In this document: positions 30,417-40,986 of the stretch, in pieces | How positions within the stretch are numbered: the first letter of the stretch is position 1 | Layout: each line of letters opens with the position of its first letter | Source of the DNA: a bacterium | GTDB lineage: Bacteria; UBA8248 | Assembly (NCBI GenBank): GCA_965207065.1 | Contig: OZ242260.1 | Coordinates: 1,568,001-1,632,000 of the forward strand | DNA: 64,000 nt | Direction of reading: 5' to 3' | Position numbers and translations under genes: made by a program | The notes under the pieces: model-generated | Told to the model about the DNA's origin: nothing | The model's input: only the letters and a program-made list of their open reading frames with translations | Databases searched by the model: none

Positions 30417-30779
30417 GGCGACCTCTCGAGAAATAGCCTTTCCCGGCGGCATTTTCGTTGAAGACCGAAGGAACACTCCCACACTAAGCCCTTTGCCGGT
30501 CTGCGTCAATTTTGAGTCTGGAGGGACATTTTCTCACGGGCGAAACTAGACGGACAACCTCACCCCCGCTCTCTTTTTTATGTGATGTCCGTCCAAGTAC
30601 TCATTCCGAAGGGAGCGATACGTCACCAGAAATTCGTATTTTTCGGGTCCCGTGGATATTGTGCTATCATTTTCCCATCACCGCGTGAAACTGATTTACA
30701 GAAACTTGTTTTTTGTCCAGGCGCTTTTCTCCCGACAGAGGGAAGGAGTTGTCTTCTTTATTCCCAAGGAGGTATTTCG

Positions 30780-31748
30780 ATGAAACGGGCTTATCTGAGT
30801 ATCGTCGTCGCGGTTTCGGCCGTATTCGTTTTCACCGCCGCCGCGTCGGCGCAGTCGGTCACCATTCTGGGCGGCGGCCTCAAGGGCCAGCCCTATCAGT
30901 TCGCCGTGGGGCTGAGCAAGATCCTCAAGTCCAAGGCGGGCGTCAGCGCCACGCCGCAATCGGCCAAGGGCATGGTGGCGCAGGCGCGCATCATCGCCAA
31001 GGGCCAGGCGCAGTTTGCGTGGGGCCTCGGCGGCCCGGTGGGCGCATGGGCCTACAAGGGGGAGAGGCGCTTCAAGAAGGAAGGCCCCAAGAAGAACCTG
31101 CGCGCCGTCCTGGCGTATCCCTTCGGGCAGTTCCAGTGGCTGGCCCTGGCGGATTCGGGCGTCATGAATCTCAAGGACGTGAAGGGAAAGAAGGTATCGG
31201 TGGGCTCGGCCGCCAGCACCACGCAGACGTATGCGCGCTACTTCCTACCCGCGCACGGTCTCAAGAAGGGCCAGTATAATGAAAGCACGCCCGGTTTCCG
31301 GGGCGGATTCGGCCAGTTGAGAAACGGCAACGTCGCGGCCCACCTCACGATGGGAATGGCGCCGATGGGCCTCGTGCAGGAGTTGGCGGCGCTCAAGAAA
31401 ATCCGCCTGGTGGACATGGACGAGGCGGCTGTGAAGCACGTGGTCGCCACCTACGGCCCCGGCCTCACGGCGACCACCATCGCGCCGGGCACCTATGGCA
31501 AAAACCAGGTGAACAAAAAGCCGATCCGCACCATCTTCATCAACTTCGGGTTTTCCACCAGCACTCACGTGAGCGCCGACACCGTGTACAAGGTGACGAA
31601 AACCCTGTTCGGCAACCTCAAGGAATTCTACGGCACGGCCAAGGCGGCGAAGAACGTCACGCTCGCGGGGGCATGTCAGGGTCTTTCATTCCCGCTGCAC
31701 GACGGCGCCAAGCGCTACTACAAGGAAGTGGGCGCCAAGGGCTGCTAG
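30780..31748 (+). CDS. TAXI-family TRAP solute-binding protein
   Basis: RBS AAGGAGG, signal peptide; KGKKVSVG, VYKVTK, PLHDGAKRYY. Confidence 0.88.
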   Translation: MKRAYLSIVVAVSAVFVFTAAASAQSVTILGGGLKGQPYQFAVGLSKILKSKAGVSATPQSAKGMVAQARIIAKGQAQFAWGLGGPVGAWAYKGERRFKKEGPKKNLRAVLAYPFGQFQWLALADSGVMNLKDVKGKKVSVGSAASTTQTYARYFLPAHGLKKGQYNESTPGFRGGFGQLRNGNVAAHLTMGMAPMGLVQELAALKKIRLVDMDEAAVKHVVATYGPGLTATTIAPGTYGKNQVNKKPIRTIFINFGFSTSTHVSADTVYKVTKTLFGNLKEFYGTAKAAKNVTLAGACQGLSFPLHDGAKRYYKEVGAKGC

Positions 31749-31839
31749 CGCGTCCTGAAAATCAGGAAATCCCCCCTGTGGATGTGAAAATCCACGGGGG
31801 GGAGGATTCTTCGCCTCATTTTCTAAGGTGTGAACCGCA

Positions 31840-34242
31840 TTGGACGCCTACCGAAGGCTCAACGCCAGAATCGTAACGGCGCTCGCGCTGGGTTTTTCCC
31901 TGTTCGAACTCTATACCGTCGGCTTCGGGATTCTCTCCCCCTTCGCGCAGCGCGCGACCATGCTTACCTTCGCGAGTGTGCTGGTCTTCCTCACGAGGCC
32001 CATGCTGGACTGGCGCGAGCGCGAGGACATGACTCCCTCCTCCCGCGCGTTCGCTATCGGGTGGGACGCGCTTTTCATCAGCCTCGCCCTGTATGCCTGC
32101 ACCTACCTCATTATCGAGGAAGAAGCCCTGGCGGACAGAAGCGGCGCCGAGACCGGGCTCGACCTCATCGTCGCGGGGCTGGGCCCCGTCATGCTGCTCG
32201 AGATGGTGCGCCGCGCGGTGGGCGTACCGCTCTTCATCGTGACGCTGTGCATCGTGGTCTACTCCTACCTGGGCGACGTGACGCTCATCTTTTTTTCCTG
32301 TGTTCTCATATTCGTGGGGCTCAAGCGATACGCGAGCCTCAAGGTCGCGGTGGGCTTCGCCGCCCTCGCCGCCTTGTTCCTGCTATGGCCCGGGCGCGGT
32401 TTTCTCGACCCGGCCATCTACACGTTCAAGGGAGAGGAACACAGCCGGCTGGCTGCCTACCTGTGGCTCACCTCCGAGGGAACGTTCGGAACCATCTCGG
32501 CCATCATGAGCGAGTTCATTTTCATCTTCATCCTGTTCTCCGCCCTGCTGGAGGCGACGGGCACCGGGCAGATACTCATCAACCTGGCCTTCGCGCTCAC
32601 GGGCCGCTTCCGCGGGGGACCCGCCCAGGCGGCCGTCGTCGCGAGTTCGATGTTCGGCATGGTCTCGGGCTCCACGATGGCCAATGTTGTAAGCACGGGC
32701 ACGTTCACGATACCGCTGATGATCCGAACCGGATTCTCGCGCCTGTTCGCGGGCGCGGTGGAGGCGGTTGCCTCGTGCGGCGGGCAGATTGTGCCGCCCA
32801 TCATGGGCGCGAGCGTCTTCATCATGTCCGAGATCATCGAGGTGCCTTACGTCTACTTGATGCTCTACGGGCTGATTCCCGCCTTTCTGTATTACTTCAG
32901 TCTATCCACGTCGATTTATTTCGAAGCGCGCAGGCTCGGCCTGGAAAGAATGGACAGATCGGAAATACCCGACGCCCGAGAGCAGGTACAGCAGGGGGGC
33001 TACCTTCTGATCCCCGTGCTGATCCTGCTGGGCAGCATCGTGAGCGGCGAGACGCCGGGCCTTGCGGGATACAAGGCGGTGATCTCGCTCATTGTGATGG
33101 TGGATCTTGTGCGCTCGCTGAGGTTCATCCGGGTGCGGTGGGGAAACCCGGGGGTCTGTCTGGCGGGCGCACTGATCCTGGCGGCCATCTTCTTCGCCTT
33201 CGGTCCGGTGAGCGCGCCGGCGGCCATCTCTCAGAACGTCCACCTTCCCCTGTGGGGCGAGGTTCCGCTCCACAGGATGGCGTTGGTTTTGCTCGGGGTC
33301 TGCTTTGCGGTGGTTCCGGGGTGGCGGGGGCTTCCCATCGTCTTTCCCGTCGCGCTGGGTCTGGCGCGCTGGAAGATACCATCTGAACTCGGGTGGATAG
33401 GCCAGATACCCTTCGTCGGGATATTGCTGCCCATCGCGTTGTGCTGCATGGTGGTCTATCTGATCGCGCTGCCGGTGTTCAGGGCGGGGGAGACGCCCGA
33501 GGCGAAGGCGAGCGCGCGCGATCTGGGCGGCGCCGTCTGGAGGAGCCTGGAGGCGGGGGCGAAAAACGCCCTTGGTCTGGTCGCGGCCACCTCGGCCATC
33601 GGCCTCATCGTCGGCCTGTTGGTGCTCGCAGCTGTCGGCGTGCGCATATCGATCCTGGTGACGGAGATGGCCGCGACCTCCCTGTTCCTCGCGTTTTTCC
33701 TGGTGATGATCGCCTCGCTCGTGATGGGCATGGGGCTTCCGACCATCGCCGCCTATCTTCTTTTGGTGATCGTGGTGGCGCCCTCGGTCACGAGCCTGGG
33801 CGCGCCGCTGGTGGCCGCGCACTTCTTTATCTTCTATTTTGGGGTCATCAGCTCCATCACGCCGCCGGTCGCATTGGCCGCCTACGGCGCGTCGGGCATT
33901 TCGGGCGCGAACCCGATGCAGACGGGCTTCACCGCCTGCCGGCTGGCGGTCACCGCCTTCATCGTGCCGTACCTGTTCGTCTACTACCCCGAACTCCTGT
34001 TGCTCGAGGGAACGTACTGGACGGTGGCTTACCGTCTCGCCGTGAGTTGCGCCGGAATCGCGCTTCTCTCGATGGCGACGATGGGCTTCGGTAGAGCGCC
34101 GATGAGCGCACCGCTGCGAACCGTCATGACGGGCGCGTCCCTGCTTCTGTTCCTGGGGCCTGCGTGGCTGCACGTTCTGGGTCTGGCTGCGGGGGGCGCG
34201 GTCCTGTTCCGCCAGAAGGCGGGTGCGGGAGAAGCTACTTGA
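31840..34242 (+). CDS. TRAP transporter fused 4TM/12TM permease (TAXI type)
   Basis: GGPAQAAVVAS, SGSTMANV, TGTFTIP, GGQIVPPIMG, GMGLPT, ITPPVALA. Confidence 0.92.
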   Translation: MDAYRRLNARIVTALALGFSLFELYTVGFGILSPFAQRATMLTFASVLVFLTRPMLDWREREDMTPSSRAFAIGWDALFISLALYACTYLIIEEEALADRSGAETGLDLIVAGLGPVMLLEMVRRAVGVPLFIVTLCIVVYSYLGDVTLIFFSCVLIFVGLKRYASLKVAVGFAALAALFLLWPGRGFLDPAIYTFKGEEHSRLAAYLWLTSEGTFGTISAIMSEFIFIFILFSALLEATGTGQILINLAFALTGRFRGGPAQAAVVASSMFGMVSGSTMANVVSTGTFTIPLMIRTGFSRLFAGAVEAVASCGGQIVPPIMGASVFIMSEIIEVPYVYLMLYGLIPAFLYYFSLSTSIYFEARRLGLERMDRSEIPDAREQVQQGGYLLIPVLILLGSIVSGETPGLAGYKAVISLIVMVDLVRSLRFIRVRWGNPGVCLAGALILAAIFFAFGPVSAPAAISQNVHLPLWGEVPLHRMALVLLGVCFAVVPGWRGLPIVFPVALGLARWKIPSELGWIGQIPFVGILLPIALCCMVVYLIALPVFRAGETPEAKASARDLGGAVWRSLEAGAKNALGLVAATSAIGLIVGLLVLAAVGVRISILVTEMAATSLFLAFFLVMIASLVMGMGLPTIAAYLLLVIVVAPSVTSLGAPLVAAHFFIFYFGVISSITPPVALAAYGASGISGANPMQTGFTACRLAVTAFIVPYLFVYYPELLLLEGTYWTVAYRLAVSCAGIALLSMATMGFGRAPMSAPLRTVMTGASLLLFLGPAWLHVLGLAAGGAVLFRQKAGAGEAT

Positions 34243-35851
34243 CGGTCTCTTTTTGTATTTCCTCGACTTCCTGCGGAAAGAGCGCCGCGTGGGTTTCCTC
34301 GAAAAGGTGCTTCCCGACGGCGAGTTGCATGGTGGCGGGCATGACCTTTTTCGCGAGGCGGATCATCTGCGTGGACTTGTCGCGAATGTCCCACTGGGCG
34401 TGGGGGTCTTCCCTGAGCCTCGATACGTGGTAGAGCTCACGCGCGTTCGATGAGAACAGCACGCGCCGTTTATGCGCGTTCGTGAGCACGTAGGGCGCGG
34501 CCAACGGGGTATGCGCGGCGATTTTCTCGTACGCGGCGTTGGTTTCATCCACAGCGGCCTGAAACTCAGGTCTTGCGCCTGCTTCGGGGATAGCCGAGGG
34601 CATCGTCACGCCCAGAGAGATGTCGTAGGGCTGGGTGTTGAGGGTGGACATGCGGTGGCGTTTTAACTGCCCGAAACACGCTGCGGAAAGCGTCACCTCG
34701 AACACGCAGCGCACGTTCTCGAATTCGCGAAGCACGGCGTCGTGACCGCGCATGAGCTTGAAGGTGGAGGCGATGAAGCGCGCGCGTTCATCCTCGCTCA
34801 TCTCTTTGGCCGCCGCCTTACAGTGCGGCATCGTTTTCCCTGAGGAAGAATGGAGCAGCGCCGCGGCGATGAGCGCATCCGCGTCCGGGGTGACGTCGAT
34901 GAGGGAGACGTCTTTCTCTTGGGCGATGGGCGGAACCGGTTCGGTTTCCTCGTCCACTCGCCCCAGGATGTCAGAGGCCGCCTCGCGCAGCGCCGCCCGG
35001 GTGTGGGAGTTGTATTCGGTGGGGTCGGTGTATTTCACGAGCGAGGGCGCGACGCCGCCAACGCATTCATACAGACGGCGCGCGTATTCCCTGATTTCCG
35101 CGAGGGGATGCGAAGCGCAGCGGCAGATGACGTGCTCGAGGCTCCTCGCGCTGAGCGTCATGCCGATTTGTGATTCCGTGGCGAAGGAGACGATGTAGCG
35201 CGCGTCCTCTTTGGCCCAGCCCTCCAGCGTCTTGTGGTTTCTCTTCTTGGCGGCGAGTTCGGGATTCTGGTCGAACACCCAGGGCCTGAGCTTCTCGTAC
35301 AGCACGTGGTAGCAGGCGTTCTGGGCCTTTATCGTCCGTACGAAGAGGTTTTTGAGGCCTGCTTTCTCGATCTCCTCAGGGATTACGAAATCGTCTTCGA
35401 GCAGGATGTAGCGCTGGCTCTTCTCGGTGTAGGCCAGGAGCCTGAATTTCTGAATCTCCTCCACCGCGTAGCGGCTCACGCCGATGACGTCGATGTTGAA
35501 GCTCGCGTGCTCGGCCACGGAACTGTGCCCGTAGCCGAAGATGATGGTCTGGTTGCTCTTTCGCGCCTTCTCCACCTCTTCGCGCGCGATGGCGCGGAGT
35601 TCGTCGATGGGCCGCGGATCGCGGCTGATGCGCGCATAGGACGCGCTGATGGGCTCGGGCGTCAGGTTGTCGCGCTCGATAAAATCAGCCGCCCTGCGCT
35701 GTAGCTCCGCCGCCTGCGCGCGCAGTTCGGCTTCGCTCATGGCGTCGAGACGGCTCTCCTCCCACCCGCGGGCGGCGGGCTCGATGATCTCTTTTTTCAT
35801 CTGGCGGAGCACGTCGACGTCGACGTTGTGACCGGCGAGAACGATGCGCAT
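34235..35851 (-). CDS. thyX: FAD-dependent thymidylate synthase, two-domain form
   Basis: GYGHSSVAEHA, EKSQRY, EDARY, second domain QLKRHRM, NARELYH, HAQWDIR. Confidence 0.85.
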   Translation of the reverse strand: MRIVLAGHNVDVDVLRQMKKEIIEPAARGWEESRLDAMSEAELRAQAAELQRRAADFIERDNLTPEPISASYARISRDPRPIDELRAIAREEVEKARKSNQTIIFGYGHSSVAEHASFNIDVIGVSRYAVEEIQKFRLLAYTEKSQRYILLEDDFVIPEEIEKAGLKNLFVRTIKAQNACYHVLYEKLRPWVFDQNPELAAKKRNHKTLEGWAKEDARYIVSFATESQIGMTLSARSLEHVICRCASHPLAEIREYARRLYECVGGVAPSLVKYTDPTEYNSHTRAALREAASDILGRVDEETEPVPPIAQEKDVSLIDVTPDADALIAAALLHSSSGKTMPHCKAAAKEMSEDERARFIASTFKLMRGHDAVLREFENVRCVFEVTLSAACFGQLKRHRMSTLNTQPYDISLGVTMPSAIPEAGARPEFQAAVDETNAAYEKIAAHTPLAAPYVLTNAHKRRVLFSSNARELYHVSRLREDPHAQWDIRDKSTQMIRLAKKVMPATMQLAVGKHLFEETHAALFPQEVEEIQKETVK

Positions 35852-36096
35852 GTGAAAGGCCGTTTCCCGAGCGGTGGGTGTCGCTTCTGGTTCATTAAAT
35901 TTTTGGAAGCGCTATTATGAACCTTGGGTTCTGAAAGAACAAGTAGAAAGTTTCAGCGCGGCGCCCAAGCTGAGTTAGCTATTATGCCTGAACTTCTTAG
36001 TTGCGGTTTTTCAAGGGTTTTGGGATGATGTTTTTCATTGTTGCCGCTGAAGAGCCGACGCGCAATGCGTGGCCCTTTTGAGAAAAGAGGAGATTC

Positions 36097-37458
36097 GTGA
36101 ACTCTCTCGTCGCCCGAGCCATTTCCGTTCTCATCATTCTTGCATCTTTCGGCTTGAACATCGCCGCCTCCGAGGCCGGGCGTCCGCGCAAGCGGCCCCC
36201 GCCGCTGGTGTCGGTGGCGAAGGTGGTGGAGCGCCAGGTGAGAAACCGCCTCACCGCCGTCGGCAGCGTGGCGCCCTATCGCCGCTCGGTCGTGAGCAGC
36301 GAACTCGAGGGCCGCGTGCAGTCGGCCCCGATCAAGGTGGGCGATTTCGTCCGCGCGAACAAGACGGTGCTCGCCACCGTGGGGCGCTCGGGTCTCCAAA
36401 TCGACCTGCGCATCCTGCGGGCGGAACTCGAAAAGGCGCGCCAGGACCTTCTGCGCCTGGAGCGTGGAATGCGCCCCGAGGAGATCGCAGCGCATCAGGC
36501 CAAGGTGCGCGAGCGAGAAGCGCAGATGAGAAACAACGAACTCGAACTGAACCGCGCGCGGGATCTGTATGAGAAAAAAATTCTGGACAAGGCCAGTTTC
36601 AACCGCGCCGAGGCCGCCTACGAGGCCAGTTGGCAATTGTTCGAGGAGGCCTCCCGCAACCTGGAGATCGCCAGGCTCGGCCCCCGGAGGGAGGAGAAGG
36701 CCCGCGCCAAGGCGGAAGTGGACCGGGTGCGGGCGCGCGTCGCCCGGGTGCGCGACGATCTGGCCAAGACGAAGATTCGCTCCCCGCTCACGGGCTTTAT
36801 CACCCAGGAATGGGTGGAGGTCGGGCAGTGGCTCACCAAGGGGGGCCGCGTGGCCGAGGTCATCGAACTCGACAGGGTGCTGGTGCAGGCCCCGATTGCG
36901 GAGCGGCGCATATCCCTGGTGCGCGTGGGCGATGAGGCGCGCGTGGTCGTCGACGCGCTGGGAGGCCGGGCGTTCAAGGGCCGGGTGCGCGGCGTCATCC
37001 CCAAGGCGGACCCCAAGAGCCGCACGTTCCCTGTGGAAGTCGAGATAAAAAACACCGAATCCTATGACTTGAAGGCCGGCATGTTCGCCCGCCTGAGCGT
37101 TGAATACGGACAAGCGGCCCGCATGGTTCTGGTACCCAAGGACGCGTTGATGCTCAGGGCGCGGGGTGCTTCGGTCTTCGTGTTCGAGAAAGGGCGCGTT
37201 CGCGAGGTATCCTTCGCGCAGGGCAGAAGCGTGGATTCCTTCATGGAGGTCACGGGCGGCGCGCTCAGGCCCGGTATGCAGGTGGTTGTGAAAGGAAACG
37301 AGAGATTGAGAGCCGGGATGCCCGTTCGCTTGCAGGGTAAGGGCGGCAGGCCCGGCGGAGGACGCGGCGGCCCTCCGAGAGGCGGCGCTCCTCGCGGAGG
37401 CAGTCCCGGAAGAGGTGGAAAGCCCGCCGCTGATTCCCGGCGCGGAGCCGGTGGATGA
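36097..37458 (+). CDS. RND efflux periplasmic adaptor (MFP)
   Basis: Lipoyl halves VKVGD-like and IRSPLTG, long coiled coil, SRTFPV, LKAGMFA; Gly/Arg-rich tail. Confidence 0.9.
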   Translation: MNSLVARAISVLIILASFGLNIAASEAGRPRKRPPPLVSVAKVVERQVRNRLTAVGSVAPYRRSVVSSELEGRVQSAPIKVGDFVRANKTVLATVGRSGLQIDLRILRAELEKARQDLLRLERGMRPEEIAAHQAKVREREAQMRNNELELNRARDLYEKKILDKASFNRAEAAYEASWQLFEEASRNLEIARLGPRREEKARAKAEVDRVRARVARVRDDLAKTKIRSPLTGFITQEWVEVGQWLTKGGRVAEVIELDRVLVQAPIAERRISLVRVGDEARVVVDALGGRAFKGRVRGVIPKADPKSRTFPVEVEIKNTESYDLKAGMFARLSVEYGQAARMVLVPKDALMLRARGASVFVFEKGRVREVSFAQGRSVDSFMEVTGGALRPGMQVVVKGNERLRAGMPVRLQGKGGRPGGGRGGPPRGGAPRGGSPGRGGKPAADSRRGAGG

Positions 37459-37573
37459 TGCGCGTCCGGCTAAGGGCTGTTGAATTCATAGAAGCCAGTA
37501 TGCGGTGGAACGGAAATAGACACAGCCGCGCAAAAGAGCGAATGAAAGAGAAGCCGCCGATGAAGGAGAGGGC

Positions 37574-40500
37574 ATGAATCTGCCCCGCGCGAGCGTTAAA
37601 TACCCCGTCACGACTACCGTCGGGGTCATACTGGCGGTGCTCTTCGGCGCGATCAGCCTCTACTGGATTCCGGTGCAGATGACGCCCACGATTGACAGGC
37701 CCGTCATCACGGTGGAGACCGAATACAGGGGCGCGGCGCCGCTGGAGGTGGAGGAAGAGGTGTCGAAACCCATCGAGGAGAAGCTCACCTCGGTGGAGGG
37801 CCTGAACCGGATGACCTCGCGCAGCGAGGAGGGAAAGTCGCGCGTCTTTCTTGAATTCGACTGGGACGTGAACAAGGACGTGGCCCGCCTCGACGTCTCG
37901 GAAAAGCTGGGTCTCGTGCGCAACCTGCCCGATGATTCGGACCGCTCCACCGTCAACGCGCTCAACTCAGATGCGGAAAACCCCATCGCCTGGATGGTCG
38001 TCGAGACCGATCTCCCCATCAACGAGGTTCGCATCGAGGCGGATAACGTCATCCGCCCCAAGCTCGAGCGCGTGGAGGGCGTGGGCCAGGTGTGGATGTT
38101 CGGCGGACAAGACAGGGAAGTCCGCGTCACGCTCGATTACGCCGCCATGAGCGCGCGCGGCATCACGGTGTCCGCCCTCAGAGAGGCCCTGCAGCGCGAG
38201 AACAAGAACACCAAGGCGGGGAAGATCGACGAGGGCAAGCGCAGCTATTCGGTTCGCACGGTGGGCAACTTCACCCGCCTCGATCAGCTGCGCAACACCA
38301 TCATCGCGCAAAACGGGAGCGGCGCCGTCTACCTGCGCGACGTCGCGAAGGTTTCCTTCGACTACGGCGATCTCCAGCGGCGGATTCGCGTCCGGCGGAA
38401 GCCTACCCTGGCTTTCGGCGCCTTGCGGAAAACCGGCGCCAACACCATCGAGGTGATGGCGGGGGTTAAAAAGGCGCTCGCCGAGATCAACGAAATCTAT
38501 GCGGGGCGCGGCATCAGGCTCAAGCAGGTCTATGACGAGACCGTCTACATCGACCAGTCCCGTTCCCTCGTGATCAACAACATCTTCATTGGCGGCGCTT
38601 TGGCGATAGGCGTGCTGCTCCTGTTCCTGGGCAGTCTTTCGAGCGTCATGATCATCGGCGTCGCGATTCCGGTCACCGTGGTCTCCACGTTCATCTTCAT
38701 CTTCGTGCTGGGCCGATCCATCAACATCATCTCCCTCGCGGGCATGGCGTTCGCCGTCGGCATGGTGGTGGACAACTCCGTCGTGGTGCTGGAGAACATC
38801 TTCCGCCACCGCGAGATGGGCAAGAGCAAGTGGGACGCCGCCGTGGACGGCGCGCACGAGGTATGGGGAGCGGTGCTGGCCTCCACGCTCACCACGCTGG
38901 CCGTCTTCGTCCCGGTGGTGTTCGTTCAGGACGAATCGGGCCAGCTCTTCCGCGACATCGCCATCGCCATCAGTGTGGCGGTGGCTCTCTCCCTCATCGT
39001 ATCCATCTCCGTGGTGCCCATGCTCAGTTCGCGCATCCTAAGCGGGGCGGGGAAAATATCACCGGTGGGTCGCTTATTCAGCGCCCTGGGGGTGTATGCG
39101 CTGGGCAGGCTTTGCCGGCGAATCTACGTGGCTACCCTGGGCTGGCTGCTGCGCGGGGTGATGAGACGCGTCATCGTGGCCGCGCTCATCACGGCGGGCG
39201 CCATCGCCGTGGCGGTTTTGTCCTTTCCTCCGATCGACTATCTGCCGAAAGGCAACCGCAACCTCCTGTTCGTGATCGTGCGCACGCCCGCAGGGCTGAA
39301 CCTCGAAGAAGTGGACAAGGTCGTGCAGACTCTGGAGGCGAAGCTGGAGCGCGCCCCGGAAGTTGACCGGTTTTTCGCCGTGGTGCGTACGCAAAACCCC
39401 ATTGTCGGCATCATCGCCAAGAAGGAATACTCCGACCTCGCCTCCATGCGGAGCCTCGTGCAAAAGTTGTTCAGAAACCTCCAGGGGACGCCCGGGGTGC
39501 GCACGTTCGTCACCCAGGCTCCCCTGTTCCGGCGGCGGGGTTCCGGCTTCATCGGCGGGATTAACCTCAAGGTCGACATCACGGGAGACGGTTTGAGCGA
39601 GATTCAGCGCATTGCCGGAGACGTGGGGGCCCGCGCGCGCGGGCTCGGCGGCGTGCGTTTCGTGAACTCGAGTTTCGATTTGGGTAATCCCGAGCTTCAG
39701 GTGCACGTGGATCGCCAGAGGGCGTCGGATTTCGGCGTGTCGGTCGCAGAACTCGGGAGCGTTGTGGAGACGCTCGTGAACGGAACCAAGGCGGGCATTT
39801 TCCGGGATCGCGGAGAGGAACTCGACATTATCCTGCGCGGGCCGCTTTCGGATTTCACCCAGACGCAGCGGATCGAGGAACTCAAGCTGCACACGCCCGA
39901 GGGGCAGGTCGTTTCGCTCGGGGACATCGCCCGGGTGCAGGCGGCGCTCGGGCCGACTAAGGTCGAACACATCGACCGCGACCGCTCGGTTACGCTCACG
40001 GTCAACATCGGCAGCGAGCTGCCGCTTCAGGTGGCGATCGACAAGATGAAGAAAGAGGTCATCGAACCGATGCGCCAGACGCTTCCGCTCGGCTATTCGC
40101 TGGGCGTGAGCGGGCGGGCGAAGGACCTGGAGCGGACCTGGGCGTCGCTCAAGTGGTCGCTGTTGCTCGCGCTCCTGATTACCTATCTGCTGATGGCCGC
40201 CCTGTTCGAGGCTTGGAGCTACCCGCTCATCATCATGTTCAGCGTGCCCTTCGCCGCCACGGGCGGCGTGCTGATGGTGAGCCTCATGAACACGATAGAA
40301 CCGTCGGTGAAGATGGACACGCTCACCATGCTGGGCTTCATCATCCTCACTGGCATCGTGGTAAACAACGCGATTCTTCTCGTCCACCAGGCGCTGAACC
40401 ATTTCCGCGCCGGTCTGCCCATGCGCGAGGCGATTCTAGAGAGCGCGCGCGACAGGATGCGCCCCATCTTCATGACGACCACGACGACCGTGCTCGGCAT

Positions 40501-40777
40501 GCTGCCCCTGGTGGTCTCCTCGGGTTCTGGCAGCGAGCTCTACCGGGGACTGGGCTCGGCCGTCCTTGGCGGACTGGCAATGTCCACGATCTTCACCCTG
40601 CTGCTGATACCGGTCGTCTTCTCGCTGTGGGTGGATTTCCTCGCGCTCATAAGGCCTGCGAGCTTCGCCGCCGGAGCGGCGGTTACATCGCCGAGCGGCG
40701 CCAGCGGCGCGCCCTCAAATCGCGTACGACCCCGGAAAGCGGTCAACCTGATCGAACAAGAGGAAGAAGAAGCGTAA
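37574..40777 (+). CDS. RND efflux permease (AcrB/AcrD/AcrF family)
   Basis: 1067 aa; GMVVDNSVVVLENI, GIVVNNAIL, RMRPIFMT. Confidence 0.95.
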   Translation: MNLPRASVKYPVTTTVGVILAVLFGAISLYWIPVQMTPTIDRPVITVETEYRGAAPLEVEEEVSKPIEEKLTSVEGLNRMTSRSEEGKSRVFLEFDWDVNKDVARLDVSEKLGLVRNLPDDSDRSTVNALNSDAENPIAWMVVETDLPINEVRIEADNVIRPKLERVEGVGQVWMFGGQDREVRVTLDYAAMSARGITVSALREALQRENKNTKAGKIDEGKRSYSVRTVGNFTRLDQLRNTIIAQNGSGAVYLRDVAKVSFDYGDLQRRIRVRRKPTLAFGALRKTGANTIEVMAGVKKALAEINEIYAGRGIRLKQVYDETVYIDQSRSLVINNIFIGGALAIGVLLLFLGSLSSVMIIGVAIPVTVVSTFIFIFVLGRSINIISLAGMAFAVGMVVDNSVVVLENIFRHREMGKSKWDAAVDGAHEVWGAVLASTLTTLAVFVPVVFVQDESGQLFRDIAIAISVAVALSLIVSISVVPMLSSRILSGAGKISPVGRLFSALGVYALGRLCRRIYVATLGWLLRGVMRRVIVAALITAGAIAVAVLSFPPIDYLPKGNRNLLFVIVRTPAGLNLEEVDKVVQTLEAKLERAPEVDRFFAVVRTQNPIVGIIAKKEYSDLASMRSLVQKLFRNLQGTPGVRTFVTQAPLFRRRGSGFIGGINLKVDITGDGLSEIQRIAGDVGARARGLGGVRFVNSSFDLGNPELQVHVDRQRASDFGVSVAELGSVVETLVNGTKAGIFRDRGEELDIILRGPLSDFTQTQRIEELKLHTPEGQVVSLGDIARVQAALGPTKVEHIDRDRSVTLTVNIGSELPLQVAIDKMKKEVIEPMRQTLPLGYSLGVSGRAKDLERTWASLKWSLLLALLITYLLMAALFEAWSYPLIIMFSVPFAATGGVLMVSLMNTIEPSVKMDTLTMLGFIILTGIVVNNAILLVHQALNHFRAGLPMREAILESARDRMRPIFMTTTTTVLGMLPLVVSSGSGSELYRGLGSAVLGGLAMSTIFTLLLIPVVFSLWVDFLALIRPASFAAGAAVTSPSGASGAPSNRVRPRKAVNLIEQEEEEA

Positions 40778-40986
40778 GGGGGTTGTTGAAAAAGTCCTTG
40801 TATCCCCCCGGTCGACGACGTGATGATCCCGTAGGGACAGGCCTCCATGCCTGTCCTTTTGCAGGATGGTTTCAATCAGGACAGGCACGAAGGCCTGTCC
40901 CTACGGTGAATAATTCGATGATCGGGATTCCCTCCCCTTGAGGGGTTTTCGATGGCCTTCCTCGGGAGGCTTCTTCAACAACCCCC
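40778..40986. mobile_element. TIR-bounded MITE-like element containing a REP doublet
   Basis: GGGGGTTGTTGAAAAAG ... CTTCTTCAACAACCCC termini; GTAG REP pair at 40831-40904. Confidence 0.65.
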
